NCBI GenBank assembly: GCA_035718045.1
Contig: DASTHV010000034.1
Location: forward strand, 1-33,456
Length of the DNA stretch: 33,456 bases
Direction: 5' to 3'
Origin: Candidatus Saccharimonadales bacterium
Lineage (GTDB): Bacteria; Patescibacteriota; Saccharimonadia; Saccharimonadales; UBA10212
A program made the position numbers and the translations under genes. A model generated the notes under the pieces. The model saw nothing but the letters and a program-made list of their open reading frames with translations, was not told where the DNA came from and searched no databases. Below are positions 1 through 7,726 of the stretch, piece by piece (position 1 is the first letter of the stretch; each line of letters starts with the position of its first letter).

Positions 1-788
1 AAGCCGATAAGATCCAGTTTGGGCAGCGGATATGGCATGCCAAAATAATCTTCAAAAAACTCCAGGGACCGTACGGCGACATCTACCGCAAAACCCGTTA
101 AAGCAACCTTGTCGGGCGTGGCGTAAACTCGTACGATGACGCCATTTTTGGTTTTTGACTCTTTATAACCAAGTTCGCCGTAGGCAAAGGCCAGCAGATA
201 GGGACTCATCTTGGGCGTGGTTTCAAAAACTGTGGTTTGAGCTTTGTGCTTTGAACTTTTAGCTTTGATGGGCGTGTTAGCGATTACCGTCTCGCCGGTA
301 GGAGTGCAGAGCGTTAAATCAAAAGTCGCCTTGGCTTCCGGCTCGTCTATGCATGGAAAAGCCTCACGGGCATGGTGACTTTCGAACTGAGTCGCGATTA
401 GTTGCTTCGGTTGACCGTTGAGCTTGAAATTACAAGGGTAAATTCCATGCATCGGCTCAGTGATACGGCCACTGAATTCAATTTCAATCTTGTATTGCCC
501 AGGGTAAAGCATCTGCGGGCTGTGCAGGCGCAACTCATCAAAAGATTTATGAGTGTTGATTCTATCCAGCTCAACTTCCTGGTTGCCGGATTTGTCATGC
601 TTGGTCAGTTTGGCCGATTTAATTTTTAGGCCTTTTTGATGCAGAGTCAGGCGCTGGCTGGGCCGTCCGGTCTTACGGCCGGTGATTATAACCGTGCCGC
701 TAAATATGGCATCATCCCGATTAGGTTCCAAACGTAGCTCGTAATGACCGGGTTGGAACTCCGTGTATAATCGCTTAACCTTCTTCAT
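1..788 (-). CDS. pepN: Aminopeptidase N (M1-family zinc metallopeptidase), N-terminal ~262 codons; gene continues past the left edge
   Basis: Absent from the ORF track because it is open at the window edge. My translation of the minus strand from ATG (complement of 786-788) runs without a stop to position 1: MKKVKRLYTEFQPGHYELRLEPNRDDAIFSGTVIITGRK...GRITEPMHGIYPCNFKLNGQPKQLIATQFESHHAREAFPCIDEPEAKATFDL...PKMSPYLLAFAYGEL...FFEDYFGMPYPLPKLDLIGL. The TQFE..AR.AFPC.DEP, MS.YL.AF and YPLPKLDLI blocks are typical of the M1 N-terminal domain. Confidence 0.8.
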   Translation of the reverse strand, partial: MKKVKRLYTEFQPGHYELRLEPNRDDAIFSGTVIITGRKTGRPSQRLTLHQKGLKIKSAKLTKHDKSGNQEVELDRINTHKSFDELRLHSPQMLYPGQYKIEIEFSGRITEPMHGIYPCNFKLNGQPKQLIATQFESHHAREAFPCIDEPEAKATFDLTLCTPTGETVIANTPIKAKSSKHKAQTTVFETTPKMSPYLLAFAYGELGYKESKTKNGVIVRVYATPDKVALTGFAVDVAVRSLEFFEDYFGMPYPLPKLDLIG

Positions 789-859
789 TACTATATTTTA
801 TCAAGGAAATTTTTGGTTTCTGTGCCATAACACGCAAAGTCCTAGTTGGTAGAAAACCA

Positions 860-1540
860 TTATTCCAGGTCGGGCGCACGATAATTAAACGGATGAGGGA
901 TGTTGTCAAACATCTCGGTCTGAACTTCCCATAGGTGATGTAAATATTCCTTACGCTCACGAGGCTTGTCCGAATCTGGGTAACCCAAAGAACTAGAAAA
1001 CCCTACGCTTACACGTTGATCTGACAGTCTGTCGGAACCTTTGATTACGGCCGCGTATACATCTGTGGCGGTTTCATAGGCGGCTCGGGCTACGCCGCCA
1101 TTAGTCGGGCCCGGTTTTATTCCGGGAGTACGCGTATTTGGCGAGGCGAACAATAACTCCAGCCGATCTTCCTCAAGTGGTTTCTTAATTGTTTGGAGCG
1201 ATTGTAAAAGAGCCTCACGACCAGGATTTTCCTGACCTCTATCAATTACAACTGCACCCCAACGGTCGAACAGGGCGCCAACGACCGGTGCCTCCATGAA
1301 TTTTCGCCTGCCAGCTACGACGACATGTCGTTTGGGCACAGCGCTGGGCACAAATAGGACATCGCTCCAGTGCAAATGATTACTGACGATTAGGCCGCGA
1401 CCATCTTGCGGCAGATTTTCAGCGCCTTCTGTTCTAAATAAGACCGTCGCTAAACCGACAGCCCTGACTACAAAATGCGATAACGCGTAAAAATAGCGGT
1501 CCGCCTCAGAAACCCCAATCTCTTCATATCTTTTCGGCAT
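860..1540 (-). CDS. plsC: Lysophospholipid (1-acyl-sn-glycerol-3-phosphate) acyltransferase family protein
   Basis: 226-aa ORF. It has the acyltransferase HX4D motif as VSNHLHWSDVLF and a downstream FASPNTRTPG block in the position of the F.EG.R motif. Divergent from nusA. Confidence 0.65.
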   Translation of the reverse strand: MPKRYEEIGVSEADRYFYALSHFVVRAVGLATVLFRTEGAENLPQDGRGLIVSNHLHWSDVLFVPSAVPKRHVVVAGRRKFMEAPVVGALFDRWGAVVIDRGQENPGREALLQSLQTIKKPLEEDRLELLFASPNTRTPGIKPGPTNGGVARAAYETATDVYAAVIKGSDRLSDQRVSVGFSSSLGYPDSDKPRERKEYLHHLWEVQTEMFDNIPHPFNYRAPDLE

Positions 1541-1599
1541 CTCTATACTAAGATTATTTTAAACCGTGCCTAGTGTCTACTGCTTGTGCTTTAATGGAC

Positions 1600-1628
1600 T
1601 TCACAAAAATTATGAATCTATGTATAAT
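1600..1628 (+). promoter_or_regulatory. Sigma-70-like promoter upstream of nusA (TTCACA-17 nt-TATAAT)
   Basis: TTCACA at 1600-1605, a 17-nt spacer, and TATAAT at 1623-1628 preceded by TG. Confidence 0.45.
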
Positions 1629-1684
1629 AAGTGCATCGCGTCCGGCCGGCAGGTCGGATTTTTTCATGGAAAAGGAGACAAAAC

Positions 1685-2866
1685 ATGGAGATGGATTTTA
1701 AACAACTAGCCCAGGCGATAAAAGTAATCGCCGAAGAAAAGAATCTGCCCGAAGATCAAGTACAGGACGTAGTTCAGCAGGCCCTTGCGGCCGCTTGGCG
1801 CCGCGATTATGGCGACCGCGAGCAAGAAGTCCGCGTCACCATGAACCTCAACACCGGCGAAGTAACAGCTTATGTTACCAAAGAGATTGTGGGCGAGGTT
1901 GAAAATCCTCAGACCCAAGTTGGTTTGGCAGAAGCTCAGGTTATGCGCAAAAACGCCAAGGTGGGCGAAGTGGTAGAGGTCGTTCAGCCGGTCAAGGATT
2001 TTGGGCGAGTGGCCGCTCAGACCGCCAAGCAGGTAATCTTGCAGCGGCTGCGCGAAGCCGAGCGTGAAATCGTGCTGGCCGAATTCGAAGATAAGATCGG
2101 CACGGTAGTTAATGGTACCGTTACACGCGTGGAAGGCCGCTTGGTTCGCGTAGAGCTGGGCCGCGCGCAAGGTATTTTGCCGGTGGGCGAGCAGATCCAA
2201 GGCGAGCGTTACTACCCAGGCCAGCGCCTGAAGTTTTACTTAAAAGACGTAGAAAAGGGTTCGCGCGGCCCGCAGCTAATTGTCAGCCGCGGAAACAAGG
2301 ACTTTATAAAGCTGCTATTCCAGGCCGAGGTTCCAGAAATGGAAAACAACGCCGTAGAGATTAAGGAAATCGCTCGTGAGGCTGGTATCCGCTCTAAAAT
2401 TGCTGTCGCTAGCAATGTCCAGGGCGTCGACCCGGTCGGCACCTTTGTGGGCGGCCATGGTACGCGCATCAACGCTGTCCGTGATGAAATCGGCAGTCAA
2501 GAGATGATAGATATCGTAGTTTGGGACCAAGATCCGGCTACCTTTATTGCCAACTCTATGAAACCGGCCAACGTCACCCGCGTAGAAATCAAAGATAGCA
2601 AGGCCGTGGTAATCGTGCCGGAAGATCAACTGAGTATCGCTATCGGCAAGTCCGGCCAAAACGTTCGCTTGGCCGGCAAGCTGACCGGCCATGAGCTGGA
2701 CGTTGAGGCCGATAAAGCTGCTCAACCGGCAGCCGAACTGGAGCAACAGCCTAAAGATGAAAAAGTCGAATCCAAGCCGGTAGTTCAGAAACTCAAGAAA
2801 AAGTCCGAGCTGGAAAGTTCACTACTCGAAGCTATCGAAGAGCACGGTACCGACGACAATAATTAA
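1685..2866 (+). CDS. nusA: Transcription termination/antitermination factor NusA
   Basis: N-terminal domain, S1 domain (VNGTVTRVEGRLVRVELG) and KH domains (GVDPVGTFVGGHGTRINAV; SIAIGKSGQNVRLAGKLTG), plus an acidic C-terminal tail. Start chosen at ATG 1685, preceded by AAAGGAG, rather than GTG 1631, which sits only 2 nt downstream of the -10 box. Confidence 0.9.
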   Translation: MEMDFKQLAQAIKVIAEEKNLPEDQVQDVVQQALAAAWRRDYGDREQEVRVTMNLNTGEVTAYVTKEIVGEVENPQTQVGLAEAQVMRKNAKVGEVVEVVQPVKDFGRVAAQTAKQVILQRLREAEREIVLAEFEDKIGTVVNGTVTRVEGRLVRVELGRAQGILPVGEQIQGERYYPGQRLKFYLKDVEKGSRGPQLIVSRGNKDFIKLLFQAEVPEMENNAVEIKEIAREAGIRSKIAVASNVQGVDPVGTFVGGHGTRINAVRDEIGSQEMIDIVVWDQDPATFIANSMKPANVTRVEIKDSKAVVIVPEDQLSIAIGKSGQNVRLAGKLTGHELDVEADKAAQPAAELEQQPKDEKVESKPVVQKLKKKSELESSLLEAIEEHGTDDNN

Positions 2867-3067
2867 GGCTTAATCCGGCCAGCATCAGGAAGTTCGATTT
2901 CATCCCTTTATCCCAAAAAATAACCTGAAGAAATATAGGCTATCAGAATCAGCAACGCGGCCAAATTACTGGGTATTTAGATACGAAGGCCTAGACGAGT
3001 TACCGCACATCGTTTTATATAAGAAATAGCCCCTGTATTCTTCTCTAAAACAAGCTACAATATAGGC

Positions 3068-3877
3068 ATGCCAGGCGGGGTAAACATTAAGGCTAATGAG
3101 CCTTCGACTCAAAAAAATGTCCTTAAAGAAAAGGATAATTTAAAAAAATTTCGAAACAGAATTATTTGCGGCAATGCTGTAGATATTATGAAATCTATGC
3201 CAGAAAATAGTGTGGATTTAATAGTAACTTCGCCACCCTATAATCTTAAGAACTCTACCGGTAACGGTATGAAGGATGGAAGGGGCGGTAAGTGGTCAAA
3301 AGCAGCGCTTATTAATGGGTATATCGATCACGCAGATGACTTGCCACACGCACAGTATGTGGAGTGGCAAAGAAATTGCCTAAACGAAATGATGCGCTTG
3401 CTGCCGGATGATGGGGCTATTTTTTATAATCACAAATGGCGCGTACAAGCCGGACTTCTACAAGACAGGCACGATATTGTCGATGGATTCCCTGTGCGTC
3501 AAATTATTATATGGAAACGTAACGGCGGAATAAATTTCAATAAAGGCTATTTTTTACCAACATATGAGGTTATATATATAATTGCAAAACCTAAATTTGC
3601 GCTGACATCAAAGGCAAACGCAGTTGGAGACGTCTGGGAGTTTGGCCAGGAATTGAACAATAAACATCCCGCGCCATTCCCAATAAAATTAATTGAACGA
3701 ATAATTGGTTCTACGAATGCGGAAACAATTCTCGACCCTTTTATGGGCTCTGGCACAACCGCTATTGCGGCCATAAACCTCAACCGCGATTACATAGGTA
3801 TTGATATATCGAAAGAATATTGCGACATGGCCAATGATCGAATAAAAAAGCACAAGCACCAAGAGTCCTTACTATGA
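3068..3877 (+). CDS. Type II DNA methyltransferase, beta-class N4-cytosine/N6-adenine family (predicted m4C)
   Basis: Catalytic motif IV is SPPY (LIVTSPPYNL) near the N-terminus. SAM motif I, DPFMGSGTTAIAA, is near the C-terminus (IV then I order = beta class). The stop overlaps the next start (ATGA at 3874-3877). The gene is strongly AT-rich relative to its flanks. Confidence 0.85.
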   Translation: MPGGVNIKANEPSTQKNVLKEKDNLKKFRNRIICGNAVDIMKSMPENSVDLIVTSPPYNLKNSTGNGMKDGRGGKWSKAALINGYIDHADDLPHAQYVEWQRNCLNEMMRLLPDDGAIFYNHKWRVQAGLLQDRHDIVDGFPVRQIIIWKRNGGINFNKGYFLPTYEVIYIIAKPKFALTSKANAVGDVWEFGQELNNKHPAPFPIKLIERIIGSTNAETILDPFMGSGTTAIAAINLNRDYIGIDISKEYCDMANDRIKKHKHQESLL

Positions 3878-4659
3878 AAACATTTACGAAGGAGGATTTG
3901 ATTAGTCGACTAGAAGAAATATCAGCCATGGGATGGATAGAAAACAAAAGAGACGGAAATCACGGAGGAATTGGGAACACACTGGAAGATTTGGTTGGTA
4001 TAGAAGAAAATAATCTACCAATACCTAATGCTTCTGAGTGGGAATTAAAAACTCAAAGGCTAGGTACCTCGTCACTCACTACTCTGTTTCATACAGAACC
4101 ATCTCCTACAGCTCTAAAGTTTGTTCCGAATGTATTACTTTTAAAATATGGATGGCCCCATAAAGAAGCCGGCACTAGGTATCCAGAGACAGAGTTAAGC
4201 TTCAGGCAGACAATTCATGGGCTTGCCCGTAGCGACAGGGGCTTCATGGTACAAGTTAACCGTAAAGAGAAGAAAATTCTTATATCTTTTGATAGCAAAT
4301 CCGTCAGCAAAAGACATGAAATTTGGCTTAAAAGTGTTGAAAAAAAGATTGGCTTAAGTGAACTGAATCCTCAGCCATACTGGGGGTTTGAAGATTTAGA
4401 GCATAAGCTGGGTGCAAAATTAAACAACTGTTTTTTCGTACAGGCGAGTGTCAAGCGTACTGAAGGTAAAGAGTTTTACAAATATGACCATGCAATGATG
4501 CTAATGGGACTAGACTTTGAAGGATTCCTGCGATGCTTAGAAGCAGGCATTATTCTTGTTGACTTTGACGCCCGAACTGGCCACAACCATGGAACAAAGT
4601 TCAGAATACGCCAGAATAACTGGCCGGCATTGTATCGTGAGAAGGTCACTCTCTTTTAG
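3874..4659 (+). CDS. Type II restriction endonuclease, MvaI/BcnI (MutH-like, monomeric) family
   Basis: 261 aa, translationally coupled to the methyltransferase. The N-terminal block GNTLEDLVGIEENNLPIPNASEWELKTQR resembles the MutH/BcnI G..LE...G....N......E.ELK core. TTLFH and the C-terminal ILVDFDARTGHNHGTKFRI match my recollection of BcnI (LTLFH ... VLVMDLC...GPHDRGPHLRI). Assignment is from memory, not from a search. Confidence 0.65.
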   Translation: MKTFTKEDLISRLEEISAMGWIENKRDGNHGGIGNTLEDLVGIEENNLPIPNASEWELKTQRLGTSSLTTLFHTEPSPTALKFVPNVLLLKYGWPHKEAGTRYPETELSFRQTIHGLARSDRGFMVQVNRKEKKILISFDSKSVSKRHEIWLKSVEKKIGLSELNPQPYWGFEDLEHKLGAKLNNCFFVQASVKRTEGKEFYKYDHAMMLMGLDFEGFLRCLEAGIILVDFDARTGHNHGTKFRIRQNNWPALYREKVTLF

Positions 4660-4692
4660 ACAAGTAAATGGTTACAAGATATCTATTCTCCT

Positions 4693-4716
4693 CTCCGTAG
4701 GAGCGGAGTTTGTATT
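4693..4716 (+). terminator. Weak hairpin plus T-rich tract after the endonuclease gene
   Basis: CTCCG (4693-4697) pairs with CGGAG (4704-4708) around a 6-nt loop, followed by TTTGTATT. The stem is short, so this is tentative. Confidence 0.25.
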
Positions 4717-4814
4717 GAATCTATAAGAAGTAGTCAGGGATGGCTAAGATAGGTGTTGATATAGTTTGTGCACATGTTTATTCACAGCTTATGCACATTT
4801 TGGGGTGACAAACA

Positions 4815-4843
4815 TTGACGGCTAAGCCGGCAGAAGGTATATT
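4815..4843 (+). promoter_or_regulatory. Strong sigma-70-like promoter (TTGACG-17 nt-TATATT)
   Basis: TTGACG at 4815-4820, an exactly 17-nt spacer, and TATATT at 4838-4843. No ORF follows it. Confidence 0.5.
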
Positions 4844-4849
4844 TAAATC

Positions 4850-4947
4850 ACTGCCGAAAGGCAATAGCAGCCGCAAGGTTGCGACCGGTACGGATCGCAA
4901 GTGAAGTACCAAGCAACGGCGAGCCCCTCAAAAGGCTCGTTTTTGTT
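4850..4947 (+). ncRNA. Candidate ~95-nt small RNA (unclassified) with three GNRA-capped hairpins and an intrinsic terminator
   Basis: Lies between the promoter at 4815-4843 and the terminator at 4920-4947 (CGAGCC/GGCTCG stem followed by TTTTTGTT). Hairpins: UGCC-GAAA-GGCA (4852-4863); GCAGCC-GCAA-GGUUGC (4867-4882); GGUAC...GUACC (4887-4910) enclosing C-GCAA-G. There is no ATG-initiated ORF. Confidence 0.35.
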
Positions 4948-4984
4948 ATTAAACCTGAATCTAAAAAGCTGAAACAGAGTTGAA

Positions 4985-5011
4985 CTGGCACTCTTGACTT
5001 GAGAGTGCTAA
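4985..5011. promoter_or_regulatory. CIRCE-type inverted repeat (HrcA operator) upstream of clpC
   Basis: CTGGCACTC-ttgacttga-GAGTGCTAA versus the consensus TTAGCACTC-N9-GAGTGCTAA. The right arm is perfect, the left arm matches 7/9, and the spacer is exactly 9 nt. A TTGACT -35-like hexamer lies in the spacer. Confidence 0.7.
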
Positions 5012-5147
5012 TTCATGTTATCATTATAAGTAGCTGATAGCCGTTAACGAATAGTTAACCGCCGGCAGCACAAGCAAATATTTTACAGCTGTTTTTCAGA
5101 GGGCGATGTAATACTAGCTTATGGCTAATAGCTCTCGGCTAACAGCA

Positions 5148-5170
5148 GAAATTTTACGGAGTAAAATTTT
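5148..5170 (+). promoter_or_regulatory. AU-rich hairpin carrying the clpC Shine-Dalgarno at its apex
   Basis: AAAUUUUAC (5149-5157) pairs perfectly with GUAAAAUUU (5161-5169), plus a G5148-U5170 wobble. The loop is GGA. The SD GGAG (5158-5161) spans the loop and the first stem pair. ATG is at 5173. Confidence 0.4.
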
Positions 5171-5172
5171 AT

Positions 5173-7677
5173 ATGATGCCCAACAGCCCAGATTTTCAAG
5201 AATTCCTATCACATTTGACTAATAACGCGCTGCAAAGCTTGCGCCATGCTGATGCCATCGCCCGGGCAGCCGGTAGCGCCTACATTGGTACCGAACACCT
5301 GTTGCTGGGGGTGTTGGCCCAGGACGGCTCGATGGGCTCCAAAATTCTAGAAGGCGCCGGCGTGAATCTGGAACGGGCGCGCTTAGCGTTAAATCTGACC
5401 CCCAAGACATTAGTTATCAATATGGGCGGCAAAGGCTTGTCCGAAACCGCTAAGTTGACTCTTAAAATGGCTTGGGAAATTGCCCAGGAGTTTAATCAGG
5501 ACTACTGCGGCACCGAACATGTCTTATATAGTATTTTAAGTCAAAAAAACGCTCGGGCGACTACCTTGCTACGAGATATGGGCGTGGAAGTTGACCGGTT
5601 GAGCAACGAAGTAGAGCAATTCTTGCAGCGCCAGCAATTTGAAGGTGATGATTCGCCCGTCGGAGCGGCTCGCGGCCGCGGTAAGAACGCCAAGAAGTCG
5701 GCTTTGGAATTCTTTGGCACCAACCTGACCAAGCTGGCCCGCGATAATAAACTGGACCCGGTGGTCGGCCGCGAGCCGCAAATCCGGCGCGTAATAACGA
5801 TTTTAAATCGCCGCACCAAGAACAATCCGGTGCTGATAGGCGAACCCGGCGTGGGCAAGACGGCCATCGTAGAAGGCCTGGCCCAGCGGATAGTTAACGA
5901 GGAAGTCCCTGATAGTCTGCTGGAAAAGAAAATCATTACCTTAGACCTGGCCGGCATGATTGCCGGCACCAAATACCGCGGCGAGTTTGAGGAAAGGCTT
6001 AAGAAAGTCATCGCCGAGTTGGAGCAAGACAAAAATGTGATCGTCTTTATTGACGAGCTACACCTGATTGTGGGCGCCGGCGCCGCCGAAGGCAGCATGG
6101 ATGCCGGAAATATCTTAAAACCCAGCCTAGCGCGCGGCAAAATCCAAATGATTGGCGCTACCACTACAGATGAGTACACCCGCCATATTGAAAAAGACGC
6201 CGCTCTAGAGCGCCGCTTTCAGCCGGTCCAGGTTCCAGAGACAAACCCGGCTGAAACCGTGGCTATCCTAAAAGGCTTGCGCCGCCACTACGAAGAATTC
6301 CACGGCGTTAAGGTTAAAGACGAGGTACTGGAAGACACCGTTCAATTCGCCCGCCGCTACATAAACGATCGCTACATGCCTGATAAGGCCATAGACCTGC
6401 TAGATGAAACAGCTGCCTACCTGCGCGTTAACAAAGGCAAGACGCCGCCACAGCTGCGCCAGCTGCAAAAAGAGCTGAAGCTGATAAATACCCGCATTGA
6501 CGAAGCGGTCGAGGCCGAAGATTATGAAAAAGCCGCTCAACAAAAACAGCGCGCCAGCCAAATTTCTGAGCAAATCAAGGAGCTGGAGGCGACCACCAGG
6601 GCCGGCAAGCCCATCCCGTTGACTTCTGATGATGTGGCTGACACCGTGGCCCGCATGACCGGCGTGCCGGTGACAAAAGTCATCCGCTCGGAAGCCAAAT
6701 ACCTGGTGGGGCTAGAAAAGAACCTTAGCCGCTACATTATCGGCCAGGACGAGGCCGTAGAAACCGTAGCTAAGGCGGTACGCCGCAGCCGCTCCGGTAT
6801 TTCCAGCGAAAAGCGGCCGATAGGCTCATTCATCTTCCTGGGACCGACCGGCGTAGGTAAGACCGAGCTGGCCCGCGTGCTGGCCCGCGAATTCTTTGGC
6901 AGTGAAGAGACCCTGATTAAAATTGATATGTCCGAATTCAGCGAACGCCACACTGTGGCCCGACTGGTGGGTGCGCCAGCCGGCTATGTGGGTTATGACG
7001 ACCCCGGCCAGCTGACCGATAAAATCCGCCGCCAGCCCTATAGCGTAGTGCTGTTTGACGAAATTGAAAAAGCCCACCCGGACGTCTTTAATATGTTATT
7101 GCAGATTTTGGAGGATGGCGTCTTAAGCGATTCCAAGGGTCGCAAGATTGACTTTACTAACACCATAATCATCATGACCAGCAATGTTGGAGCCGAGAAA
7201 TTGCAAAAAGAGGCTAGCTTTGGCTTTTCTGCCGTCAAATCATCTGATTTTGACAACCTGGACGAGCTACATGAAGCCAACAAAGATAAAGTCATGGAAG
7301 ATCTGAAGAAAATGATGCGCCCGGAGCTGCTTAACCGCTTGGATAAAATCATCGTCTTTAGGGCCTTGACTCGCAAAGACGCCCTGAAGATTTTAGATAT
7401 TCAGTTGGATGATTTACGGACCCGCCTGGTTAAAAAAGGAATCGGTCTGCAAGTTAGCCCGCAAGCCAAGAATTATCTGCTGGAGCGCGGCTACGACGCC
7501 CACAATGGTGCCCGCCCGATGCGCCGGCTGCTGCAGGAAACCCTAGAAGATGCTATTGCCGCCGGACTATTGGAAGATAACTATCACAAGGGCGACGTAG
7601 TAACGGTCAATACCAAAAAGGCCCTAAAAGGCCAAGAAAAACAAGTCGAGCTGATATACGCCGCCGCTCTAGAGTAA
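5173..7677 (+). CDS. clpC: ATP-dependent Clp protease ATP-binding subunit ClpC (class III stress AAA+ unfoldase)
   Basis: Two Clp_N repeats. AAA-1 Walker A is GEPGVGKT with Walker B at IVFIDELH. A short middle domain carries a UVR-like motif ([17 protein letters not shown]), as in ClpC rather than ClpB. AAA-2 Walker A is GPTGVGKT with Walker B at [12 protein letters not shown] ClpP-docking-type tripeptide is present (EASFGFS). Confidence 0.9.
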   Translation: MMPNSPDFQEFLSHLTNNALQSLRHADAIARAAGSAYIGTEHLLLGVLAQDGSMGSKILEGAGVNLERARLALNLTPKTLVINMGGKGLSETAKLTLKMAWEIAQEFNQDYCGTEHVLYSILSQKNARATTLLRDMGVEVDRLSNEVEQFLQRQQFEGDDSPVGAARGRGKNAKKSALEFFGTNLTKLARDNKLDPVVGREPQIRRVITILNRRTKNNPVLIGEPGVGKTAIVEGLAQRIVNEEVPDSLLEKKIITLDLAGMIAGTKYRGEFEERLKKVIAELEQDKNVIVFIDELHLIVGAGAAEGSMDAGNILKPSLARGKIQMIGATTTDEYTRHIEKDAALERRFQPVQVPETNPAETVAILKGLRRHYEEFHGVKVKDEVLEDTVQFARRYINDRYMPDKAIDLLDETAAYLRVNKGKTPPQLRQLQKELKLINTRIDEAVEAEDYEKAAQQKQRASQISEQIKELEATTRAGKPIPLTSDDVADTVARMTGVPVTKVIRSEAKYLVGLEKNLSRYIIGQDEAVETVAKAVRRSRSGISSEKRPIGSFIFLGPTGVGKTELARVLAREFFGSEETLIKIDMSEFSERHTVARLVGAPAGYVGYDDPGQLTDKIRRQPYSVVLFDEIEKAHPDVFNMLLQILEDGVLSDSKGRKIDFTNTIIIMTSNVGAEKLQKEASFGFSAVKSSDFDNLDELHEANKDKVMEDLKKMMRPELLNRLDKIIVFRALTRKDALKILDIQLDDLRTRLVKKGIGLQVSPQAKNYLLERGYDAHNGARPMRRLLQETLEDAIAAGLLEDNYHKGDVVTVNTKKALKGQEKQVELIYAAALE

Positions 7678-7726
7678 GAATCATTACACCCAAGCACTTG
7701 CTCAACTGCTATACTTGGAAAGATTT

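Noticed and set aside
398-629. ORFs 398-598 (minus) and 402-629 (plus) listed in the track
   Set aside because: Both lie inside the pepN reading frame, which I verified is open from 788 to 1 and carries M1 aminopeptidase signatures.
1631-1684. GTG-initiated 18-codon N-terminal extension of NusA, as given in the ORF track
   Set aside because: GTG 1631 lies only 2 nt after the TATAAT box (1623-1628), so it would probably not be transcribed. ATG 1685 has a proper AAAGGAG SD, and the NusA N-terminal domain begins there.
1706-2200. Antisense and shadow ORFs inside large genes (for example 1706-2200, 5541-6179, 9927-10313, 20883-21494, 27180-27701, 31466-31813, and plus-strand ORFs inside the PBP gene such as 11049-11429)
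   Set aside because: All lie fully within strongly supported conserved genes on the opposite strand. Their translations are low-complexity (Arg/Ser/Leu/Pro-rich) with no motifs, as expected for frame shadows in moderately GC-rich coding DNA.
2860-2931. 23-codon minus-strand ORF (MKSNFLMLAGLSLNYCRRYRALR) overlapping the nusA stop
   Set aside because: There are no start signals, it overlaps the nusA 3' end, and its length is within random expectation.
3070-3074. CCAGG site overlapping codons 2-3 of the methyltransferase, as a methylation-sensitive autoregulatory site
   Set aside because: The specificity of the system is unknown, and CCAGG is common throughout the window. This is pure speculation.
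3875-3877. Alternative genetic code (UGA recoded, as in some candidate phyla)
   Set aside because: TGA terminates well-conserved proteins at their expected ends (methyltransferase 3875-3877, tyrS 14860-14862, murT 16129-16131), and no conserved gene needs in-frame TGA read-through. The standard bacterial code fits.
4740-4808. 22-codon ORF (MAKIGVDIVCAHVYSQLMHILG) downstream of the endonuclease, as a possible small toxin or controller
   Set aside because: There is no usable SD or -10 spacing, it is very short, and nothing supports expression. The nearby TGTGCACA palindrome alone is not evidence.
4850-4947. Identification of the candidate sRNA as SRP (4.5S) RNA
   Set aside because: The stretch GGCAAUAGCAGCCGCAAGG superficially resembles the SRP domain IV 3' strand (GGAAGCAGCCAAGG) after a GNRA loop. 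However, the required 5' partner strand is missing, because the upstream sequence is the promoter -10 region, and the ends do not pair into the long SRP hairpin.
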